64,000 nucleotides of DNA from Endomicrobiales bacterium (GCA_963796955.1 CAWCNJ010000008.1:192001-256000), one strand, 5' to 3'. Counted from the first letter of the stretch, positions 30,750 through 39,827 are shown. Numbers and translations are program-made. The notes: generated by a model from the letters alone, not told the origin.

Positions 30750-32137
30750 AGAAAGTATTGTTATTGAACCCGCCGGGCAGACAACTGTATATCCGTGATT
30801 ATTATTGCAGCAAAGTTTCCCAGGCGAACTATATCCACCATCCTATCGATCTGATAGTTCTTTCGGGGATACTGGACAAACATTTTGAGTTATCTGTCAT
30901 AGATGCTATCGCCGGTGAAATGTCGGTAGAGAACACACTTGACACGGTCATGGCTATACGGCCCGAAGCCATTATAATGCTCATGGGGTCGGTAAGCCTT
31001 ACCGAGGACACCGCCTTTCTTCAGCGTTTGAGACAGCTGGAACCCGGAGCCGACATCATCTGTACCGGCGATATATTCCGGGAAAATGCGCCGAAATATT
31101 TGCAGGCAATGCCGCAGATAGATGCCGCACTGCTTGATTTCACGAGCCCTGAGATAATTGATCATTTGCAGGGTACGCTTCAGTCCGCTTCGTCCATCCT
31201 TTCCCGTGCCGGCGGATCTACGTTAACCGGCGCTCCGGACGCCCGGAAAGAATTCCTGTCCGGTATTCCCAGGCACGACCTGTTCGGCAGATATAACTAC
31301 CGCCATCCCTTTGTGCGTTCTAAACGGTTCGCCACAACGATCATAGATTTCGGCTGCCCCTTCCAATGCAGCTTTTGCATCATGAAAACCCTGCCGTACC
31401 GCACGCGTCCGGTTGAATCCGTCATCAGTGAATTTAAGTTCATCAAAACGCTCGGCATAAGCGAAGTATTGTTCGACACGCAGACCTTCGGGGCCAACAA
31501 ACTGCATGCCAGTGAATTATGCAGACGCATGATAGAAGAGGATCTTAAGATCGGCTGGACTTGTTTTTCGCGCGTTGACCTTACGACGCCGGAAATACTG
31601 GACGTTATGAAGCGCGCAGGATGCCACACGGTAATGTACGGCGTTGAGTCCGGCTCTGAGCATATACTTGAGCACTACCATAAGGGATATACTACTGAAC
31701 AAGTCCACACCGCTATAGACCATGCCAGTTCTATAGGCCTGGAGACCGTTGGTACATTTATTCTTGGCTTGCCCGAGGAAAGTAAAGACACTATGGAGGA
31801 AACACTGGCTACGCTTCGCCGTATCAAACTTGATTTCGCTTCCTTTAACGTGGCGGTGCCGCGCGCGGGAACTCAGTTAAGGAAAGAAGCTATCGAGCTT
31901 GGGTTCATAACTGAAGACTTTAATGAGATGGACCAGTCCGGCACGAACGTTGCCATGCCGACAAAAACCCTTTCCCGCGATGACATCAAATGGTTCAGAC
32001 GAAAAGCGGTCATGACCTTTTATTTCAGGCCTTCGTATTTGCGTTTACGGTTATCAAAACTGAGTTCGTTCGGAGACTTTGTAAGAAGCATATCTCAGGC
32101 GCTAAGCCTTTTGAGGCAAACATGGCTGACAAAATAA
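30746..32137 (+). CDS. B12-binding-domain-type radical SAM enzyme (HpnJ/BchE-like family)
   Basis: LLNPP N-terminus, GCPFQCSFC, FSRVD, YGVESGS, FILGLPEE. Confidence 0.85.
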   Translation: MKKVLLLNPPGRQLYIRDYYCSKVSQANYIHHPIDLIVLSGILDKHFELSVIDAIAGEMSVENTLDTVMAIRPEAIIMLMGSVSLTEDTAFLQRLRQLEPGADIICTGDIFRENAPKYLQAMPQIDAALLDFTSPEIIDHLQGTLQSASSILSRAGGSTLTGAPDARKEFLSGIPRHDLFGRYNYRHPFVRSKRFATTIIDFGCPFQCSFCIMKTLPYRTRPVESVISEFKFIKTLGISEVLFDTQTFGANKLHASELCRRMIEEDLKIGWTCFSRVDLTTPEILDVMKRAGCHTVMYGVESGSEHILEHYHKGYTTEQVHTAIDHASSIGLETVGTFILGLPEESKDTMEETLATLRRIKLDFASFNVAVPRAGTQLRKEAIELGFITEDFNEMDQSGTNVAMPTKTLSRDDIKWFRRKAVMTFYFRPSYLRLRLSKLSSFGDFVRSISQALSLLRQTWLTK

Positions 32138-33222
32138 CCGGCACCGCCAGGCGGCGTCTGCTGTACCTTGCCACCAGCATGAATATCGGCGGCACCGAGA
32201 CGAACCTTTTCCGGCTTATTGAACATTTTATAACGGAATATGATGTTACGGTCGCGGTACTCAAGGAAACAGGCTATTACGGCGGTGTGTTGTCCGAGAA
32301 CGGGATCAACGTAGTACGGCTGCCGGGTTTCTTAGCGGTGCTATCATATCTCAACGAAAATAAATTCGACATTTTACATACCAGCCTTTACCGGGCCAAT
32401 GTTATCGGCCGCGTGGCGGGCAGGATGGCTGGAGTTCCTGTTGTTATCTCCAGCCGTCAGGCGATGGATAAGTGGCGCTCCCCATGGCAGGTAGCCCTGG
32501 ACCGCCTGACCGACGGCCTGGCGCACCATATAATCTGCAATTCCAAGGCGTGCTTATCGGCCCTGGTGAAAGAAGGTTATCCTGCGCAACGCGCAAGCGT
32601 GATCTATACCGGTATAGATCCCCTGGTCTTTAACATGGCTGAATCAAAATCGGCCGCCAGGACGGCACTTGGTCTGCCGGAAAATGAGCCGGTAGCTTTA
32701 ATGATATCGCGCCTGCATGCCGAAAAAGGTTTTGACTTTATGCCTCTGATCGCGTCAATGATGCCGAAAGGTATATTCGTGATCGCAGGCGACGGTCCTT
32801 TAAAAGAACCGGTGAGCGCGGAGCTAAAAAAACTTGGTTTATACGACCGCTTTCGTTTTCTGGGTTGGCGGCAGGATATCGCCCGCCTGATGAGAGCCTC
32901 TGACCTGATGCTGATGCCCTCACGGGAAGAAAGTTTTCCGCAGGCCGCCCTTGAAGCCGCGGGCTGCGGCCTTCCGGTAGTCGGTTTTGACATCGGCGGC
33001 ATGAAGGAATTAATTGACGACGGCCAGAGCGGCTTTCTGGTATCGCACATGAATTTTCAGGCATTCGCTGATTGCGCGAACAAGCTGGTATCCGATCTGC
33101 CCACGGCGAAACGCATGGGCTTGCTGGCGTATGAAAGATCGAAAACATTCACCCTGAAGAATATGACGGCGAAAACCGGTGAGCTGTACGCTTCACTGTT
33201 GGGGGAGAAAACAACAACATGA
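32122..33222 (+). CDS. Glycosyltransferase family 4
   Basis: GGTE, SRL..EKG, PSREESFPQAALEA; start 32122 after GAGG. Confidence 0.9.
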   Translation: MADKITGTARRRLLYLATSMNIGGTETNLFRLIEHFITEYDVTVAVLKETGYYGGVLSENGINVVRLPGFLAVLSYLNENKFDILHTSLYRANVIGRVAGRMAGVPVVISSRQAMDKWRSPWQVALDRLTDGLAHHIICNSKACLSALVKEGYPAQRASVIYTGIDPLVFNMAESKSAARTALGLPENEPVALMISRLHAEKGFDFMPLIASMMPKGIFVIAGDGPLKEPVSAELKKLGLYDRFRFLGWRQDIARLMRASDLMLMPSREESFPQAALEAAGCGLPVVGFDIGGMKELIDDGQSGFLVSHMNFQAFADCANKLVSDLPTAKRMGLLAYERSKTFTLKNMTAKTGELYASLLGEKTTT

Positions 33223-35312
33223 TGAATTGGCTGAAGCTGGTGATCATCGCTTTCTGGATGGCGCTTGCGGGCACCGCATATCTGCACCTGTACCCGTTCG
33301 GTGCTATTCTTTCAGGCTTACCGTCCATTACGAATATCAGTCTGTTCTCCGGCTTTTCGCATTTATTCCCGCATGTCTTCGCCCTGTTCTTTATCCTTTT
33401 CGCCGCCAACGGCTGGGGACTGTATTTTTGGTTCGACCAGCACCTGCAATTCAACGAAAAACTTGCCTTTGCTACCGGCGCGGGCCTGGGCGGAATGTCG
33501 CTGGCGGTGCTGCTGGCCAATTTCTTCGGCATAGCAGGCAACGGGATATTCCTTATCATACTTTTTTCAGGCTCCATGGCTTTTGTTTTCACGATACCAC
33601 GCGTGTATACCGGCACTTCGATCCGCCCTACCTGGCTTATAGCGCTGTGTCTGATCCCCCTCGGCAGCGCCCTGATAGGCGCGTTAGCCGCCCCCACGCA
33701 ATTCGATTCCCTGTGCTACCACCTGGCCCTGCCAGCTCAATATATAATGGCGGGGCATATGTTCCGCGTTCCTCACAACTTCTTTTTTGCATTCCCTCAG
33801 AATGCTGAGATGCTTTTTCAGCTGGGGCTGACCATCGACGGAGACATACTGGCGAACCTGCTTCATTGGGCATTCCTGCCGCTGATCGCATTACCCCTGC
33901 ACACGCTGACCACCCGGTATATGGGCGAGCGCGCCGCCTGGCTTGCAACGATCATCTGGTGCTCTACACCGGCGGCGCTGTTCCTGGCGACCGGGACATA
34001 CGTGGATCTCGCGCTCACCTTTTACCTGTTCCTGTCACTGCACGCCCTGCTGTTATGGTACTCCAGCCGGCACGAACGCTGGCTTATATGCTCGGGAATA
34101 TTTTTGGGCCTTGCCATAGGTACCAAGTACACCGCCGTGCTTTACGGAATACCGCTGGGACTACTGATGCTCTACAATTTGCGCGGTATCAGAGAAGCGC
34201 TGGTTTTCGGTCTGTCCGCCTTTGCCGCGTTTTTACCCTGGCTCATAAAGAACATTATTTATATTGGCAACCCGATCGCTCCCTGGGGAGCGGGTCTGCT
34301 TTCGTCATCGGGCATAACAGGCGCCCAGGCAGCGAAGTATTTCGAGCATATCCGCGGACATGGCATGAGCATGCATACCCTGCGCGATATAGCGGCGCTT
34401 CCCTGGAATATCACCGCGTACGGCTATACTTTTGGCGGCGCCTTTGACATCGTCGGTCCTGTGTTTTTGATCTTTATACCCATGCTGCTTTTGAAACGCA
34501 GGAACGATAAAATGCGTTTGGCGATGCTGGCGTATGTGCTCCTTTCGTTCGTGCTCTGGGCGTTAACGGGAAAAGTGCTGCGTTTTCTTATGCCTTTGAT
34601 ACCGTTGCTATGCATGTTTTCCGCCGAAGGAATTATTCAGGCTATCGGTGTAAGTGTGCCGGTGCCGATTAAAGATAAGTTCCGGATCATCATGGGAACG
34701 CCCCAGCCCGAGGAAACTCCAAAATTTTCGAATGCGGGCGGACATGCGGTAGTGAAGGCTGAGAATGCATTCAGAGGCATGCTCATCAGGGAATTTGCCG
34801 CAAAAACCATATTGTATCCGGTCCTGGCGCTGGCGCTTATCCATAATGTGCTCTTCTTTCACTGGGTGATGGCCTCTCCCGACCCGTACGCGCCGGTGCT
34901 GCGCGGCATCGACAGGAATGAATATCTTACAGCAAAGGTCAGTTACTACGGAGCGGTTAACGGCTACATCAACAAACTCCCGAACGCCAAAGTCCTTTTC
35001 CTGGGCGAGACCCGCGGCTACTACTGCCGAAAACCCGCGCTGGTCCCGACAGCTTTTGACCCTAACCCCTTCTTCAATTGGGCGAACACTTCTGCCGACG
35101 GCAACGAACTACTCGCCGATCTTCAAAAAGAACGCTTTACCCACATACTTTTTAACCAGACCGAATATGAGCGACTGGGTTTTGCGAAACAATTAACCAC
35201 AAAAGGACAAAGTAATTTCGACCAGCTGAAAAAAGATATGCTTACCATCGAATACGCCGACAAAAACACCAGGGTTTACCGGATAAACCCGTCAGAGAGG
35301 CAAACGCAATGA
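33219..35312 (+). CDS. GT-C fold membrane glycosyltransferase
   Basis: P...DSL.YHL.LP, FPQNAEML, YVDL, GTKYT, PWL.KN..Y.GNP..P, RFL.P motifs. Confidence 0.78.
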   Translation: MMNWLKLVIIAFWMALAGTAYLHLYPFGAILSGLPSITNISLFSGFSHLFPHVFALFFILFAANGWGLYFWFDQHLQFNEKLAFATGAGLGGMSLAVLLANFFGIAGNGIFLIILFSGSMAFVFTIPRVYTGTSIRPTWLIALCLIPLGSALIGALAAPTQFDSLCYHLALPAQYIMAGHMFRVPHNFFFAFPQNAEMLFQLGLTIDGDILANLLHWAFLPLIALPLHTLTTRYMGERAAWLATIIWCSTPAALFLATGTYVDLALTFYLFLSLHALLLWYSSRHERWLICSGIFLGLAIGTKYTAVLYGIPLGLLMLYNLRGIREALVFGLSAFAAFLPWLIKNIIYIGNPIAPWGAGLLSSSGITGAQAAKYFEHIRGHGMSMHTLRDIAALPWNITAYGYTFGGAFDIVGPVFLIFIPMLLLKRRNDKMRLAMLAYVLLSFVLWALTGKVLRFLMPLIPLLCMFSAEGIIQAIGVSVPVPIKDKFRIIMGTPQPEETPKFSNAGGHAVVKAENAFRGMLIREFAAKTILYPVLALALIHNVLFFHWVMASPDPYAPVLRGIDRNEYLTAKVSYYGAVNGYINKLPNAKVLFLGETRGYYCRKPALVPTAFDPNPFFNWANTSADGNELLADLQKERFTHILFNQTEYERLGFAKQLTTKGQSNFDQLKKDMLTIEYADKNTRVYRINPSERQTQ

Positions 35313-36361
35313 CAGCTCACCAGCTTTTACGCCATCACCCCTCGCTCTTATACGCGATCACTTTTGCCATAGCTCTGGTCATATCGGCCGTCGTTACACC
35401 GGTCATGCGCTATATCGCTACAAAACTGAACATCTTCGACTGCCCGCATTCGGCTATAAAGACCCACCGGCAGCCGATACCGTACCTGGGCGGCGTCGCG
35501 ATCTGGGCGGGCCTGGTACTGGCGCTTTTCATTATACGTTTCTTCACTAACTTTCCGACCGGAACACTGCACAATCTGCGCGGTATCCTTTTAGGCAGCA
35601 CCATCATGCTGGGGCTTGGGCTGATAGACGATATCAAAACAAAGGGCCTCGGCTTTAAGAAAAAGTTTCTGATACAGATACTGGCTGCCGTGATCGTGAT
35701 CTGGTTCGATATCCGTCTGCATTTCGTGACCCCCTACCTCATGGCCTTCGCGCTCAGCATCGTCTGGCTGGTAGGCATCACGAACGCCTTTAATATCATT
35801 GATATTATGGACGGTCTTTCAAGCGGCGTCGCATGCATCGCGTCCGTCGCGTTCTTGCTTATCTCACTGCCTTCCGAAATGATCTACGTGAACTTTTGCG
35901 CCGCCGCATTGGCAGGCGCCTGCCTCGGCTTTATCCCGTACAACCTTTCAAAAAAGCTGAAGATATTCATGGGGGACACAGGCAGCCTGACCATAGGTTT
36001 TGTCTGTGCCTCGCTGGCATTGGGCACCTCCTACACCAGGCTTAACGATATCGGTTTAATAGCTCCGTTATTTATACTTGCCATCCCTATTTATGATACA
36101 ATCCTGGTATCGGTGCTGCGTTTGCAAAAAGGCCAATCGCCTTTTCTGGGCAGCAAAGACCATTTCGCGCTGCGGCTTGAATTCATGGGTTACAGCAGAA
36201 AGCAGATACTGGTGATCATTTATGTCGCAAGCGCCTGGCTTGCCCTCAGCGCCTATTTTATAACGGTCGCAACCGTCAATGAAGCCCTGATGATCTGCGC
36301 CGTGACCGCCGTATTATCCTGGTTCGTAACGACACGCCTTGCCAAAGTGGAGATCCATTGA
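35309..36361 (+). CDS. MraY/WecA-family polyprenyl-phosphate sugar-1-phosphate transferase
   Basis: H..PIPYLGG, GLIDD, NAFNIIDIMDGL, IFMGDTGS, DHF..RL. Confidence 0.9.
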   Translation: MTAHQLLRHHPSLLYAITFAIALVISAVVTPVMRYIATKLNIFDCPHSAIKTHRQPIPYLGGVAIWAGLVLALFIIRFFTNFPTGTLHNLRGILLGSTIMLGLGLIDDIKTKGLGFKKKFLIQILAAVIVIWFDIRLHFVTPYLMAFALSIVWLVGITNAFNIIDIMDGLSSGVACIASVAFLLISLPSEMIYVNFCAAALAGACLGFIPYNLSKKLKIFMGDTGSLTIGFVCASLALGTSYTRLNDIGLIAPLFILAIPIYDTILVSVLRLQKGQSPFLGSKDHFALRLEFMGYSRKQILVIIYVASAWLALSAYFITVATVNEALMICAVTAVLSWFVTTRLAKVEIH

Positions 36362-37641
36362 AGAAAAACAACAAGACCATCATCATCGGCGGGGGAATAA
36401 CCGGCCTGGCCTGCGGCTATTACGCAAGACAGCCATACGAAATTCTCGAGAAAGAAAACGAACCCGGCGGCCTGTGCCGCTCTGTCAAGTTCGGCGGATT
36501 TACCTTCGACCACGCCGGCCATTTTATCCATGCAAGAAAACCCGAAACTATCAGCCTGCTGAAAAAACTATTAGGAAGGGATCTGGCGAAAGTAAACCGA
36601 AAAGCCTGGATCCACGCCTACTCTTCCTATATACCGTTCCCGTTCCAGGCAAACCTTTATGCACTGCCGCCCAAACAACGCGCGGAATGCGTTAAAGGTT
36701 TCCTTGCCCGCAAAGAGGACCCCAAAGCGCAAGTTAACTTCCTGCGCTGGTCGCTGGCGACCTACGGCAAAGGCATAACCAAACATTTCATGCAGCCGTA
36801 CAATGAGAAACTCTGGACGGTACATGCCGCAACCCTTATGACCGACTGGGTAGCCCCGTTCGTGCCGAATCCGAGGCCGGAAGAGATACTTGCCGGCTCT
36901 AAAAAATTCGCTGATAATACGTTGGGTTACAATGCCCATTTCTTTTATCCGAAAAAAGGCGGCTGTGCAGCGCTCGTCAACGCTCTGGCGAAACGTTTAA
37001 AGAATTTGAAGGTGGGTACCGCCGTAACGAAAGTAGATTGGAAAAACCGCAGGGTACATACAGCAGACGGCGGGCAGGTTTCTTATAAAAACCTCATTTC
37101 GACCCAGCCGCTACCCGAGTTGCTAGGCCAAATGCCGAACCTGCCTGCAAAAGTTAAAGCCGCCGCAGAAAAATTGAACTGGAACGGAGTCCTGTGCCTG
37201 AATATATCGGTAAAGACAAAACTAACCGATAAAGACCGCCACTGGGTCTACTTTCCTGAAAAGAAATACGCCTTCTACCGCGCCGGCGTTTACACGAACG
37301 TAATGCCCGGCATGGCCCCCAAAGGATGGCGGAGCTTCTATGTGGAATTCTCCTACCGGCCCGGCAAAAAACCCGCCGAAGAAAAGTTCCTTGCCGGCGT
37401 TAAAAGGGACCTCACGGAATCCGGCCTGATAGCAAAAGGGGAGAACCTTGACGTGGTAAACCCGATCAACATCCCATACTCCTACGTCATTTACGATAAG
37501 AGTCGCACTGAAGCCGTAAACACGATACAGGAATTCCTGAAAAAGCATAACATCCACTCCATAGGAAGATACGGCGCATGGAAGTATTCATTTATAGAAG
37601 AATCGATCACTGATGCAAGAGAGTTAATGGCAAAGCTATGA
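36358..37641 (+). CDS. FAD-dependent oxidoreductase (UDP-galactopyranose mutase/protoporphyrinogen oxidase-like), TTG start
   Basis: IIGGGITGL Rossmann motif, GGLCRS...FTFD.AGH, PYNEKLW, YPKKGG, GRYGAWKY. Confidence 0.8.
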   Translation: MKKNNKTIIIGGGITGLACGYYARQPYEILEKENEPGGLCRSVKFGGFTFDHAGHFIHARKPETISLLKKLLGRDLAKVNRKAWIHAYSSYIPFPFQANLYALPPKQRAECVKGFLARKEDPKAQVNFLRWSLATYGKGITKHFMQPYNEKLWTVHAATLMTDWVAPFVPNPRPEEILAGSKKFADNTLGYNAHFFYPKKGGCAALVNALAKRLKNLKVGTAVTKVDWKNRRVHTADGGQVSYKNLISTQPLPELLGQMPNLPAKVKAAAEKLNWNGVLCLNISVKTKLTDKDRHWVYFPEKKYAFYRAGVYTNVMPGMAPKGWRSFYVEFSYRPGKKPAEEKFLAGVKRDLTESGLIAKGENLDVVNPINIPYSYVIYDKSRTEAVNTIQEFLKKHNIHSIGRYGAWKYSFIEESITDARELMAKL

Positions 37642-38798
37642 CTATAATTAAAGTCGCACACATAATTACAAAACTTGAACTGGGGGGAGCGCAGCAAAAT
37701 ACCCTTTACACCGTAAGTCATCTCGACCGTGAACGCTTTGCACCGGTTCTTATAACCGGCGAGGGCGGCATTCTTGATGATGATGCAAGAAAACTTAAAG
37801 GCGTAGAAGTAATTTTCGTTCCCGGATTAGTCCGTTCTATTATCCCGATCTTCGATGTCACTGCTCTGTTTCGTCTCTATAAAATACTACGCAAAGTAAA
37901 ACCCGATATAGTCCACACCCACTCATCCAAAGCCGGCATCCTGGGAAGATGGGCCGCCTGGTTCGCAAAAGTCCCCGTGATAATCCACACCTTCCACGGC
38001 TTCGGCTTCCACGATTTTCAGCACCCTTTAATAAAATGGCTGTATGTTACTGTTGAAAAAGCAACCGGCCTGATAACCGACAAATTCGTCGTAGTCGCCG
38101 CCGATAATACAGACAAAGCCGTAAAAGAGGGTATTGGAAAAAAAGAAGATTATATTGTGATCCACAGCGGCATAGATACAGAAAAATACAAAACACCGAT
38201 ACAAAACAAAGAAGCCAAACGCGCCGAGCTGGGCTTAAAACCCACTGATCAAGTAGTAACAACCATCGGCCCCTTCAAACCCCAAAAAAACCTCCCCGAC
38301 TTCTTCAAAGCCGCCGCCATAATAACCAAACAAAACCCCAAAGCCGTCTTTCTCGTAGTAGGCGACGGCGCCCTGCGCCCCCAATTTGAGGCCCAGATGA
38401 ACGAACTTGGCATCACAGACAAAGTAAAACTTTTAGGCTGGCGCCGAGACACCGCCGAGTTATTAGCCATCTCCGACGTCTTCGTAATGACCTCCCTCTG
38501 GGAAGGTCTTCCCAGATCCGTCCTTGAAGCCATGTGCGCCGCCCTCCCAGTCGTAGCCAACAACGTCGACGGCGTTGCCGAAGTAGTAAAAGACGGCCTC
38601 ACCGGCTATCTAACTACTCCGAGACAACCTGAACAAACCGCCCTGAAGGTTATACAGGTTCTGGCAAATCCATCAAAAGCCAATGCTATGGGTGTTTCTG
38701 GCAAAGATACCATGACAAAGATTTTTGACATAAACCAGATGGTTGTTGAGCAAGAAACACTTTACTTGACCCAAGTAGCAGTTGGTTGTGCGGACTAA
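37638..38798 (+). CDS. Glycosyltransferase family 4
   Basis: LGGAQ, VHTHSSKAG, HTFHG, PQKN, SLWEGLPRSVLEAM. Confidence 0.92.
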   Translation: MTIIKVAHIITKLELGGAQQNTLYTVSHLDRERFAPVLITGEGGILDDDARKLKGVEVIFVPGLVRSIIPIFDVTALFRLYKILRKVKPDIVHTHSSKAGILGRWAAWFAKVPVIIHTFHGFGFHDFQHPLIKWLYVTVEKATGLITDKFVVVAADNTDKAVKEGIGKKEDYIVIHSGIDTEKYKTPIQNKEAKRAELGLKPTDQVVTTIGPFKPQKNLPDFFKAAAIITKQNPKAVFLVVGDGALRPQFEAQMNELGITDKVKLLGWRRDTAELLAISDVFVMTSLWEGLPRSVLEAMCAALPVVANNVDGVAEVVKDGLTGYLTTPRQPEQTALKVIQVLANPSKANAMGVSGKDTMTKIFDINQMVVEQETLYLTQVAVGCAD

Positions 38799-38942
38799 AT
38801 CCCTTTATCCGCCAATCAGGTGAGCGATCTTCATTCCTTCGGCTCAGCTGTTTGAAGCCCCACTCCTAAGTATGTTGAATGGGGGTGTGGGGCAAGTTCT
38901 GAGCCGGCGAAGATCGTGAACCGAAATGGATATACGGATTTA
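38796..38942. other. ~147-nt multi-helix imperfect inverted repeat (structured RNA or palindromic element of unknown class)
   Basis: Nested pairs TAAATCC/GGATTTA, TATCC/GGATA, GCGATCTTC/GAAGATCGT, CGGCTCAG/CTGAGCCG, GCCCCAC/GTGGGGC. Confidence 0.7.
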
Positions 38943-38981
38943 CGTAGTACAATCAACTGCGAACGATGCACCCATTATCAA

Positions 38982-39251
38982 ATGAGAACACACAACTCCA
39001 ACGGATTTTCTTTCATTCGTATGCTGCTTACGATAGTACTGATCGGGGCAGCGTATTATCTTATCATGAAATTATCTTTAAGCGGTTTCTTAGGGCACAA
39101 CCGGGATGTGATACAGACTGCTGGCGATGTTGGGATCAATACTTCAAGTTATGCCGAACTTGTGAAGTCGGCAAAGGATGTTGTTGCAGATGCTAATGCC
39201 AAACTTATCAAGCAAGATGAAGACATGCAAAAGCAGCTTGATACACATTAA
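38982..39251 (+). CDS. Small pilin-like protein with a class III-like signal peptide
   Basis: MRTHNSNG|FSFIRMLLTIVLIGAAYYLIM: short leader, G/F site and hydrophobic helix; Arg rather than Glu at +5. Confidence 0.55.
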   Translation: MRTHNSNGFSFIRMLLTIVLIGAAYYLIMKLSLSGFLGHNRDVIQTAGDVGINTSSYAELVKSAKDVVADANAKLIKQDEDMQKQLDTH

Positions 39252-39286
39252 AAACAGTAATAGGCGTTGTAAACAGGAGATTCGAT

Positions 39287-39733
39287 ATGAGCAATGTTGA
39301 GAAGTCGGTTGATGTTTTCAAACAGGGTTTTAATTGCGCGCAGGCTATAATTTCTGTCTATGGGGAAGAGCTTGGGTTAAATAAGACGGATGCGCTGCGG
39401 TTGTCGGCGGCTTTTGGGGCTGGGATCGCGCGGACTGGTTCTGTCTGCGGGGCGGTTTCAGGTGCTTTGATGGTGGTGGGTTTACGGCACGCTAAAGGGC
39501 TGGAGTCTAAAGAGAAAGTTATTGCCACGGCACAGGAATTCCTGAAAGTGTTCGCTGAGACCTGCGGATCAACGGAATGCAGGGAACTGCTTGGCGTTGA
39601 TCTCGGCACGCCTGAAGGAGCGCAGAGGTTCAAGGATAAAGATCTGCTGCGCAGCCGCTGCACTGAATTCGTGCGCGCTGCGGCTGAAATACTTGAAGGG
39701 ATAACGCCTAAGAAAATTGCGGGTGGTATCTAG
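39287..39733 (+). CDS. C_GCAxxG_C_C family putative redox-active protein
   Basis: GFNCAQA, FGAG, CGAVSG, C.ELLG, C..FV; SD AGGAG. Confidence 0.9.
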   Translation: MSNVEKSVDVFKQGFNCAQAIISVYGEELGLNKTDALRLSAAFGAGIARTGSVCGAVSGALMVVGLRHAKGLESKEKVIATAQEFLKVFAETCGSTECRELLGVDLGTPEGAQRFKDKDLLRSRCTEFVRAAAEILEGITPKKIAGGI

Positions 39734-39757
39734 TCAGGTTTTGTTTTTATGCGGTAA

Positions 39758-39786
39758 TTGACTTCCTCTGCAGGTACTGATAGCAT
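39758..39786 (+). promoter_or_regulatory. Possible sigma70 promoter
   Basis: TTGACT (39758-39763), 17 nt, TAGCAT (39781-39786). Confidence 0.45.
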
Positions 39787-39827
39787 CACGGTATCACGCA
39801 CCGTATTGGTGCGAACGGGGGAAATCA

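Noticed and set aside
38796..38942. SRP RNA, tRNA or integron attC
   Set aside because: No SRP GGAA-loop motif on either strand, no cloverleaf, no RYYYAAC/GTTRRRY ends and no integrase.
38700..39300. Chromosomal replication origin at the skew flip
   Set aside because: No dnaA/dnaN nearby, no DnaA-box cluster (best is TTATCCGCC, two mismatches), no clear AT-rich unwinding element, and the skew looks local.
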